A DNA stretch of 63,837 nt, the filler included, from Raillietiella orientalis (Eukaryota): the NCBI GenBank assembly GCA_036172245.1. It is 4 parts of 4 records of this genome, joined end to end, with 100 filler letters (N's around TTAATTAATTAA, not from the genome) between each part and the next. Parts side by side here need not be neighbours in the genome. Positions count along the whole stretch, not along the records: positions 1 to 18,000 come from JAYWIR010000242.1; positions 18,101 to 35,988 come from JAYWIR010000243.1; 2 more parts are not named here. One strand, written 5' to 3'. Positions 10,405 through 20,336 of the stretch are shown here, one piece after another. Both the position numbers and the translations under genes were made by a program. Under the pieces are notes generated by a model, which worked only from the letters and a program-made list of their open reading frames with translations, was not told the origin of the DNA and did no database searches. Every line of letters starts with the position of its first letter. The stretch's first letter is position 1.

Positions 10405-13400
10405 CGAGTGCGGACGTGTTTTTCCCCGTTCTCGTCTCCAGGCTTTCAACCGCTTTATCCTGGTGTCGTGCATTTTGACGACGATGTCGACCCAACCCGA
10501 AGCTACCAAAGTTGGAGCAACAGCATCCGGATCTCGAATTGCGGAACCAACGGCCGTCTCCACTTCGTCTTGCTCGCCAATGGCGAGAAGTTTTGCTGAC
10601 GTTGCTGCCGTGGCAGCCGTCAAAGGGGTACCTCCCAACGAAGCAAAGGTGCAGGCCTACGTAGCTCAGGGCTACAATCCCGCACTTCGCTACCAGGTCA
10701 TTGGATTTATTTCTGTTCGCGACGGTAATCAGTTCAACGATGAACTGAACCTTGTTAGCGTGCGGGAGGAAGACCTTCTGGCCATTATGCCCATCAAATG
10801 CTTGGAATATTTCAAAGTGCTCTGCAAAGAGGCGGCTATTGTGCAACGCTTGCTGCGCACTCCTTTGTTTATCCGTGGTAAGAAGGTCTTCCCGTCTACC
10901 ATGGATGAGTCGTTCGTGGCGGAGCTTCACGGCATCGAACCGGAAACTTCCGACCGCAAATTGCGGACTGTATTAGCAGAATTCGCCACGGTCCATGCTC
11001 TATAGAAGGTTGGAAGCACCCTTGAAGACTCCCCATCCATCGTCAGCGGTAGTGCCGCGGTTCGGCTACTCATGCCGCACCGCAGGCTTCTACCCTCTAA
11101 GCTGCAGGTGAACGACACGGTCGTTGACCTGTGGCATGCAGGCAACCCTCGAGTATGCGGAGGATGCGGCGAAGAAAGGCATAATCCACAAAAGTGCCCT
11201 CCTAGTAAATGCCGTTTTTGCAAGCACTCCGGGCACAACTTGAAGAATTGCCCGGACCTTGCTAGAAAAAGGCAGCCGCAAAGCATCAACGCGCAAAATA
11301 CGTAGCGAAAAAGCCAAACGCGACAGAAAAAACACAGTGCACACGGGCTAAGTCTCGTTCCGATGAGAAGCGAAATGCCGGACAACAGCAGGGGTCCTCA
11401 AAGTTGAAGCCCCTCGCGTCCCACTTAGCGACAGGGAAGCTGCAAAAGAAATGGCGCGGGAGATCAAAGGACGACTCTTGAGCTCGTGTCAACCATCGCG
11501 GAAACGCGGTGTCCACCCAGGGCCAAACGAAGGCCATGGGAAAAGAACCGCTAAACGGCGATCGCTGTCAAGTGGAAAATAAACATTCAACGACCATGCC
11601 CCCTTTATGGCCGAAGAAGCTCAATGACCAAAAAAGGAAGGAGGCCTTACTTCCGGTTTTGGAAACCGGAGAAAATAATCGCGCGCCTTGTGGCAGCACC
11701 ACGCCAGCGGAGAACCGCTCTGAGTGCGCACGATCGGAGAGCAAGCTCCCGACTGACAGGGATGCAACCCCGACGGAGACGTTAACGCCGGTCGCGCCCG
11801 CAGAGCCGCTGACAGCCGAGCAGTTAACCTCAGGGGTTCTAGCGACGCAACAGGAGATCGCCTTTGAATACGGCGAGAGCGAGTGGACGGTTGTGGAGAG
11901 GAGCGGTAAGAAAAAAGCTCCAAAAAACGCTCCACAGCATTCGTCGAAAGCGCTCCTGAAGGCGAGGAACTCTCGAGTGATGAAAAAGACTCGCGCGAAT
12001 GTTCCTTGTGCAATATCGCGGTCTGATGCTGACATCGCGCGAGCTGTAAAAACAGCCTCCGAAAAAAGCGATGCCAGATTACCAAAGAGCGCAAAGACGA
12101 ACACTGTCCAACAAAAAGACAGCCGTTGTTCTTCGCGTGCCGAGAAGAGCCAGTCACGCGAACGCCATACAGACTCTGCATCGGAGAGCGACCCGATTTT
12201 CGAACGTCGTATAACTCGTTCGGAAACAAAGACGCGTGGCGTAAAAGCCGGCAGGCAAGAGATTCCCGCCGCGAAGCAGCTTGAGTTCCTCCCAATATCC
12301 AAGAAGGACACACAAGGGGTGGGCACCTCAACTGCATGCAGCACGACGGAGGACGGTGGCGACCTCTTCTCCAGCCGGTCGTGCTGCTCGCCGTCCGCTC
12401 GCCGGATAAAGCGAGCAAAAAGCCGATGCCTTCCCAGCAGTAATGCGGGGAATCGCGTCTTGTCGTCGTCTGTCCGTCGCGTGCTGGAACATGAATGGAC
12501 TGCAGAACGACGGGGAGAGACGATTAGTAGCCAACGCCCTGCTTCTCTTCCACCTCGTGTTTCTGCAGGAGATTCACGTAATCTCCCACGAGCAGGCTGC
12601 GGAAGTATAAGATCACGTAGGCGGAACGCTACATTGGCGGTGCGGCGACGCCCATACGTGCAACGTCGCGTTCCTCGTAAGAGGAAAAATTACAGAAGCG
12701 GTGCGTGGTGTTCGTCTCGACGACAAAGAAAGGGTAGGCCAACTTGTCATCAGGTGGTCCGAGTCCATCGATATTGTCGTTACCAATAACTACGCACCCA
12801 ATGGCTCTCGCTACCTTGAAAGAAAAGTACCTTTCTTTGGTGAGGTGCAGAGCCACTGGCTAAAAAAACTCCGGCCACCAAATAGCACACCTCGTTGTAG
12901 AGGACTTCAACGTCCGCGTGCTCTCCGACGATTGGAGCCGCCGCAGAGAGCGCGCGCTGCCCATCGAGATGTGCGCGTCGGTGCACGCCGCAAACTTGAT
13001 GGTCAGCGAACCTGGAATGGAAAGTTCGCTCGATCACGTTTTCCTCGATGAAAACCTGCATTCGCGTGTGGGCAGGAGAAAAAGGTTGTTGACTGGGCTT
13101 TTTGGCCACGACTGGTTGTCGTAAGTGCTCCTTCAGTTAAATAAGGGGCCTATGTTGCAAAACTGGAGGATGCAGACGGATTGGCTTAGCCACCCGGAGG
13201 CTGCGGAGCATCTCCGTGAACACCTACGAGGCTTCGCCATTCAAGAACTTGCAAACTAGGACGATCTCAAAAGATCTGTTCGCGAGTTCTGCTGCCGATT
13301 CCCCTTGCATTGCCTTCCACGCGGTTTCGGAGAAGACGTGGCCAACAGCAGACACTTTCTGCATGCTCGCACGTTTTCCAGACGCGCGGATGTTGGATGT

Positions 13401-14159
13401 CTTGCGGAGTACAAGGCGAGGGTTGAGCGTGAGGTTTGGCAGTCCGGAGCAGCATGCCTGTTGGACGAAAAGGGCCATAAATGCTCGACCCCAGCCGAAG
13501 TACGCCGGATTCTAAGACGCTACTACTTTTCGCTGTACGCGGAATCCCCGACGCAGGACATTCTCTCTGAGATACTCTTGTCGCAGGATGCTCCTGTCGT
13601 CGGCGAGAAGGAACGCGACCGTCTCAACGAGCCCTTTACGGCGGATGAATTCTCGTCCGCCATTGCTAAGCTGAAGAGACAAAAGGCGCTATGCAAGGAT
13701 GAACTGTTTGCAGAGTTTTACCAGTGCTTTGCAGTGGAGCTCACCTTCTTGATGCTGAGACTTACGACGCTGATGAGGGAATCCGGGATCGTCATGGATT
13801 CCTTCCGTTCAGCGAAGGTCCGTCTCCTGCCAAGAGGCAAAGACTGGCGTCAACTTAACTAGCGTGCGATCACCTTGGTGAACTCGTACGTCAAGTTGTT
13901 TTCCAAGCTGTGAGTAGAGCGGCTGAGAAGTATCGCAGAATTTGTGGTGAGTTCGGAACAAACCTTCGCGGTTCCCGGACGATCCATGGAGGCGAACATC
14001 CTTTTCGCGCGTAACTGCATGCAGCTGCAGCAAGTGGTTGCGCATTAAAGCCTTGCTGAAGCGAAAGTCGAGCCGCAAGCAAGAAGAACAGGCAGCGGAG
14101 GCAGCAGGGAACGTCAGGTGCTATAGCGGCTGCAGTCTTCCTTCACAAGGCGTTCGATT
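10405..14159 (+). mobile_element. Family X copy 2 (tandem with X1), interrupted in the RT domain by antisense element B
   Basis: Colinear with X1 from the 5' end (CGAGTGCGGACGTG) through ORF1, APE and RT up to ...CACAAGGCGTTCGAT (HKAFD). More disrupted than X1. Confidence 0.92.
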
Positions 14160-14160
14160 T

Positions 14161-17100
14161 TTACCCGGATTTCCTCGGAGCGTTTATTGAAACAATAAAC
14201 TTTAACAAAGACGTGCAGTTGCAGGGACATTGCTCAAGCCACGCACAAAGAAGCACAGAACCTTCTGGGTCACCGGTTTGCTTACCGGTACGGTCCACCA
14301 CGGCAGCAGGGGTTAGGGCGAAAAACAAAAAAACAAACAAAAAAGAAAAGAAAAGGTGAGGGGGAACAGGAAGGGATCACTGTAGCTGGTTGGGTCGTTT
14401 CATCCTTAGCAGGATGCAGGCGAGCTCTTTTTGTATCCCTGCATCCAGATGTGGCCATCTTGATGCACTCCTCAGTAACTGGGAGGCTGGGTGGATGGCA
14501 CTCTGGTCGCGTTTTCCTCCTGTAGCCTTGCTCCAGGCGGTGACGATCCCGCGCAGGCAGCACAAAGCTGCTAACAAGGCCGCAGGCCGAAGGGCTTCGG
14601 CAACGAAGAGAGCTTTCAGAGCGTCCCTGGGGTTGCCGCAGAGGATTCCGATGGCCACGGAAAAGCGGAACCTAAGGGGCCGAAGGGCAACGCAATCGAC
14701 AAGGAGGTGGGGGAGGGAATCCCGTTCCCCACACCTGAAGCAATTGGGGTCCAACGCTTTCCTGGTCCAGTGGTGTCGTTGGGCGTTGCAAGGGAGTCCC
14801 CAGTGCTGCAACAGGAGAGCCAATTCCTTTTATTTTAAGGGAAGCGTGGGAGTGTTTATTAGCACCGGGGGCCACTTCAAACGTTCAATGGGAACGTCGA
14901 GCATCGCGCTTTAGCGTAGAAGTCCATGAGTAGGCGTACTCGGGGTGGCAGCTTCAGTCAACTGACCCGTCTTCCACTCTTCTATCTTCTTCTCCTTCCC
15001 CGATATTGTTACTGTCACCTCTTACCTCGCCGCAAGATCGCTGTCCAGATCTTCCATCAGGGAGGGCAGTGCAGCAGCGAGATGGCTTCTTCCTGCCCAC
15101 GCTCTCTTCTTTGGATCCTTCAGGATCGAGCGGAGCGTGCAACTTCTGTAACCCCCATACAGCAACCTTCGTTTCTGTTGAGAGCGTTGCATGCCGAACT
15201 GTTCCCACGTTCGAACGGTTACCTGCAACCAGGCACTGTCGTTCAAAGGGCGACAGGTGACCAATCCTGGATTTTTAAGGTACAGCGCAGCCACCCTCCG
15301 TAGCTGGAGTCCACATCGGTTAACGCGGCGACGAAGTGCAAGAAACGACGTCAGTCCCGTCATGCTGGTGGCTTACTGGAGAAGGACACGTGCAGGCACG
15401 CACCAACAGGTGCATCACAACTCTGGAACAAGTGCGGATATTCGGAACTGGAGCTGAGGCTCCAACCGCTCCAGCGTCAGGAGGCCCAGACCACCGCCCC
15501 GACGAGGAGCGCACAAGTACGTTAAGCGGACTCGGGCCCTCCCGTTGCCCCAAATGTCTATAGGAGGAGCTTCTTTGTCCGCTTTTTAATTCTCTCTGTG
15601 AAGGGGCAAACAAAAAGCAGGAAGCGGAGTAGAGGAGCCGCGAACATGTTCCAAACCGCGGCCCGTTCCGGCAAGTGAAAGTTGCCTTCCAGGAACGGGC
15701 CGATCGCCGTCTAAACTTTTTCAAGGCTGCTGGACCACGCTTCCGCAGGGAAGTAGTCCCCCAACAGCACACCATGGTACTTGAGGCACCTCGCCGTTGG
15801 GATCCCCATACGGATCCAGTACTGCTGCCCTGCCCACGCCTCACCTACTGGCAACACTGACGGCTTCGCCCTGTTGACCTGCAGTCCCGTCCCACGGCTA
15901 AGCAGATCAAAGAATTCTCCGACCGCCTTCGCCGGGGTGTACATAGGTAACAGGAGCAGAAGGTCGTCGGCATAGGCTGCTACGGTGGGCGTGCCGGGGT
16001 ACGAGCTCGGCAAGGGGGCGAATGTCATCCTGTACGATCTCAGCACTAACACAAAATAGGTTCTGAAAAGCAGAGAAATCAGGCTATCATCCTGCCTTAT
16101 GTCGTGTCGCACCGGCAAGCCATACACCGTCTGACTGCTGAAGAAGATGCAGACAATCGCTTTCCGCCAGCAAGTGCGCAGGTAGGTGATGAAGGAGGTT
16201 GAGAAGCCCATGCGATCCTGTCGCACCAACAAAAGCTCCTGGTCAACACAGTCGAACGCCGTATGGAGATCGACTGCGAGCGCTAGGGCCCCTTTCCCGC
16301 CCGAAAGTCCATTCCCTGCCCTGCTGGCGGCCTTAAAGTGAAGTTGCCGATTTTTCCTTTCCTTTTCTTCTGCGTGTGCATCCATGTGCTCGCGAAGAAG
16401 AGGTTGGCATCCATACTTCGCCCGGAAACAGCATATGCCTGCTCCGGGCTAATTATGGATTCTGATACCTGTCCCAGACGCGAAGCCGATCGCCCGGCAA
16501 CCAGCTTGGCGTCCGTATTCACAATTGTGATCGGACGTCAGTTGTTCAAATTTCTAAGGTCTCCCCCTTTCAGAAGGGGCCTCACTCTGGCTGAACGAAA
16601 CGATGCGGGAACATCACTTTGGTCAGGGATCATCCTTGTCAGCAGAAGCAGCAGGGGTGCCAGCTCTTCCGGGAAGCTCTGATAGAACTCCGCAGGCAAG
16701 CCATCTTTCCCTAAAGGTTTCCGCCTCTTCAGCCTTCTGATACCGGCGAGAATTTCGCCTGTGGTAAAAGGCTCATCGAGGCTTAACGACTCCTCCTCCC
16801 CTATTGCCGCAGCACCATCCGTAGACAAGAGCCGGGAGGCATCTTGATCCGGGGCGCCCTGGCGTAAAGGGAGGAATAAAAACCCCGCACAAGATGCCGT
16901 ACCGACGCCGGGGACGAACATTCCTGGCTCTGGTCGTCCAGCAAGCTGGCTGACCCGGATTGCCAGGCTTGGCGTTCGGTTCCGGCGCGGTACTCGGCCA
17001 GGAGACGGACATTAGGGGTTATTTCGTACCTACGGGCCTGTAAATAGGCCCGATGTTTGCGCTCGCCGAAACCGGGGAGCAGGCGGTCCAAGGGGAACTG

Positions 17101-17486
17101 CTTGCAGAACCTTTGGACCGAGGCTTTAAAAAGATCCCAATCCAAAAGACTTTGGAGCGTGACGCCTCTCAGGAATTCGCGAAGGTGTTTCTTTGCACCT
17201 AAGAGTCGCGTCCAGTAACCCGGCAGACGCCACTCCCTGGTTGGCGGTCCCTTGTCACGAGGCCGCATCTCGAAAATTAACCTAGAATGGTCCGACAACG
17301 TCGACGCAACCCTCCCCCGTTTGCCGACCCGTGAACACAGGCCAGCATCGAGGAAGACGTGGTCGATGCTGCGGACCATTCCCCTCTCACCCACGAACAA
17401 GTTGCGCGCACGCTTGGCGGCGCACAACTCGTTCATCGTGTTCACATGTGTTTCCGGCTCACCTGTTAGCAGGCGGAGATTGAAAT
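14161..17486 (-). mobile_element. Tx1/L1-like element family B, ORF2 from the (G)DFN motif to the 3' end
   Basis: Minus-strand FNLRLL...SIDHVF...SDH, KPLGKDG, DLHTAFD, IRQDDSL, AYADD, HWGL...CFRCGERDSLPHLLVDC. The 3' end is AATAAACGCTCCGAGGAAATCCGGGTAA. The 5' side stops at ATTTCAAT (17486-17479), abutting the X3 3' end. Confidence 0.9.
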
Positions 17487-18000
17487 TTATCACCCGGTCA
17501 CGCCGGGGCGTTTATTAATAATGATAAACTCGTCAGGGACAATGTCCCCAACCAACAGAACTACAGGGAACATAGTGAAATTACCGGCACGCAGGCGTGG
17601 TGAACAAACCGCTTTCAGCGTGGGAGGAATGAGGGGAAACAAACAAAAATCAAAAACTGGAGGGATGGGTAACGGGTTTTTGGTTAGCCTCCGTACTCAC
17701 GGGGATTTAAACGGGGAGCACCTGAATGTTCCAGAGCCTATGGGGACGCGGCTGTAAAAGGAAAATACAAAATTAGTTCATTTAGGGTAGGGCAATGACC
17801 ACCGGGTTGGCCCCTGCTGAGCGTGTGTAAACCGGCGGTGTATTGCGGCGAGATTCCTTTTTGTCTCCTCTGTCGAATGAGGCCATCTAGCAAATGCTCC
17901 CATGTAGAAGGATGCTTTGCTGATTACCTCTTGGTGCTGTCCGTTGATTACCAACGCATGGTGGACGGAAACTATCGCGCGTATGCAACCGATGCTGTTC
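17487..18000 (-). mobile_element. Family X copy 3, 3' end (rest lost at the contig end)
   Basis: The reverse complement aligns with X1 ~9885-10396 (e.g. CATCGGTTGCATACGCGCGATAGTT, TTTAAATCCCCGTGAGTACG, CGCCCCGGCGTGACCGGGTGATAA). Confidence 0.93.
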
Positions 18001-18100
18001 NNNNNNNNNNNNNNNNNNNNNNNNNNNNNNNNNNNNNNNNNNNNTTAATTAATTAANNNNNNNNNNNNNNNNNNNNNNNNNNNNNNNNNNNNNNNNNNNN
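18001..18100. other. Artificial contig spacer (N run with TTAATTAATTAA linker)
   Basis: Exactly 100 nt: 44 N + TTAATTAATTAA + 44 N, identical to the two other spacers. Confidence 0.98.
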
Positions 18101-18570
18101 AAAGATGCAGCTAATGTACGTGCCAGCAGTTGCGGTTAAACGTAAGAGTTACATTAATTTTAATATTTCTTGATTTAATGAAAATTGCAGTGTTAACATA
18201 TAGGTATTGAAAAGTTTCTAGTCATTATTTATGGAAAAGAATTAGGTGCTCCAGTATAAATAATGGATACTAAAAAAAAATGAGGAGGGGGACTTACAGG
18301 ATTTGGGATAGCAGAGAGAATTTGGGGAGTTTGCTTGGTAAATGGTAATCCCAGAAGAACCCACCTTTTTAGTATTTGTATGTCGCTTATTTGATTAGGT
18401 AATAGCAATCAGTTTTCTTAATAAAGAGTAATTAGGACTTATAATCAAGATGCGGCGTGGAAAGAAATAAGAATGAGCCACAATACGTTCAATTTGGATG
18501 TACAGATGTAATTTCCTAGTGTAGGATTTAATTGCAAAGTTGTCTGAGAAAGGTAAATTGAATGCGATAG
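18101..18570 (+). pseudogene. rrnS: NUMT: degraded mitochondrial 12S rRNA (rrnS) fragment
   Basis: GTGCCAGCAGTTGCGGTTAAAC, ATTAGGTGCTCC (ATTAGATACCC-like), TCAAGATGCGGC, AATGAGCCACA and GGATTTAATTGCAAA in canonical 12S order. Confidence 0.8.
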
Positions 18571-18960
18571 CCATGTTTTAATTAGTAAGAGTTGGAAATA
18601 AGTTAAGGAGTAAGAATATAATAAGGAATTCGACGGAATTTCACTTAAAATAGTGAGTGATAGGGCCTACTAGGAGTGTTAATAAGCAGCCGCAGTATTT
18701 AGACTTGAAGGTACTACGTTAGCATAAATAATTAACCATCTAATTGATAGCGTGACGGAAGATTTTATTGGATGAAGCCCTTTTATTTTGCAATATTGAA
18801 TTTCATGTCATAGTGAAAAATTTGTACTTCATTCAGGGGATGAGAGGACCTTTTAGAACAAGTGTCTTGGGAGGATTAAGGGGGTGGAAGTAAGGTGAAA
18901 TTTTAAGATGTCATCTGTGGGGGATGGTGAAGAAAGGATCTCCATAGCTAGAAAATTATG
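18571..18960 (+). pseudogene. rrnL: NUMT: degraded mitochondrial 16S rRNA (rrnL) fragment
   Basis: AAGGAATTCGAC, GCCGCAGTATTT, TAGCATAAATAATT, GATGAGAGGACC (GACGAGAAGACCC-like) and TGGGGGATG in 16S order. Homologous to 41550-42940. Confidence 0.75.
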
Positions 18961-19029
18961 CATGGATATCTGTCTCCCATTCCCCCTCACCACTCCCTTC
19001 ACGTCCTTTTTTGAATCCAGCCGTCGTGC

Positions 19030-19800
19030 GAGGAACCTTCATTGCCACGCGCGGATGGTCAGCAGCAGCGCTCCCTTTCTTTTCCTCACCCCTTCTCTTC
19101 TCTCTTTGCAACCCGCGAGATCACGAGACTTCTGCAGAGAACGGAGCGCTTCCCGCTCGTTAAGCAGAACGAGAAGCAAGAGGAGCGGCTCTTTTTTCTT
19201 CTTTCTCCCGGTGCGGCGAGGAGGTGCATCCGCACGTTAAAGGCCGGATGCAGAGTCCTTTCCTCTGCATCCCTAGAGCGAAGGAAGCCCAGGTGGTGCC
19301 CGTCGGAGAATCATCTTCTCCGTACCGCCTTGTCCCTCTCTGCAGAGTGGGCAAGAGCGCCGCCGCCTTCCAGGGTGCGAGCGACAACGCGCGCGGAGCC
19401 GCCCGGATTCCCCGCCGTTCTACGCCGGTGGACCGAGGCCGAGGGAGCTCGTGCGGGTGCCAGGCCTCTTTCAGACAGGAGGTGCTCCTCTTCTTTTTCT
19501 TCAGCCTCCGCGGGCTGCTATCGCCCGCGTGCCTCGGAGAGAACTTCCGTCACTGGCTCGCGCTGGTCCAAAGCAGCATCCTCCCGAGGCCGCGTTCGCG
19601 GACGCCGCCTACCCCGGCTTCGTTCCTGCGTGCGGCAGCTCACGACTCGGTAGAGCGCCCGCCCGCGCGGTGGCAACCCGGCGCCCTCCTTCGCCCGCGG
19701 GCCGGCCGTCCAGCGACCGACCTGCTCGATGCCGGCGATCCGGCGGCGCAGTACGCGTCTGTCGCTCCTGGCGCAATGGTGGCCTGCTCCAGCTAGGAGT
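19030..19800 (+). mobile_element. Very degraded non-LTR RT/thumb fragment (Tx1-like)
   Basis: RAKEAQVVPVG resembles NREKSVVVPVG, WLALVQSSILPR resembles ANLWNGVLLPK, and GRPATDL resembles GRPRIRL of the other ORF2s. GC-rich. Confidence 0.3.
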
Positions 19801-20336
19801 GCATGACACGCACGCAGCGCACGGGAGTTCCAAGCACCAGGGCAACAGCAACCGAATCCTCTTTTCCATGCAGCATCAGCATAAAATTAGGAAGAGCTTA
19901 GTGTGTCCTCTTCCTCCTTTCCTCCTCCCCTCCTATTTTTCCTTCCTCTTCCTCTTCCTTTCCTACCTTCCTTCTCCTACACACTCCTCTTCCCACACTT
20001 TCTTGTTTGCCTTCCACGCGGCCGACGGCAACCTCCGACTGGAAAGGGGAAAGCGTTACGGGAAGACGAAGGTGGAAGGAAGAAAGAGCGCACTTTTGGA
20101 AAGGACGTGGGTTGCCCTCGCCATTTCGTCACAGCAGCCGGACTCTGGAGACGTTGTCCTTCCTCCCGCAGTGTAAGGATTCTCCACCGCCAACTAGGGG
20201 CGAGGGAACTTTTGGTCCCTTGGCACGCCTCCCTCTATCTCCGCGACCGTCTTTCGGAAACCGGCAAGAAGGGACTTCCTCCGGAGGACTCGACCACTCG
20301 TGCGACACTTCACGCGCTAAGGAGCAGGAGACGAGG

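Noticed and set aside
18045..18056. TTAATTAATTAA palindrome as a biological motif, and linkage between neighbouring segments
   Set aside because: It is centred in identical 100-nt N spacers three times, and the enclosed contigs decrease in size (17888, 17748). This is a concatenation linker, so cross-gap synteny is meaningless.
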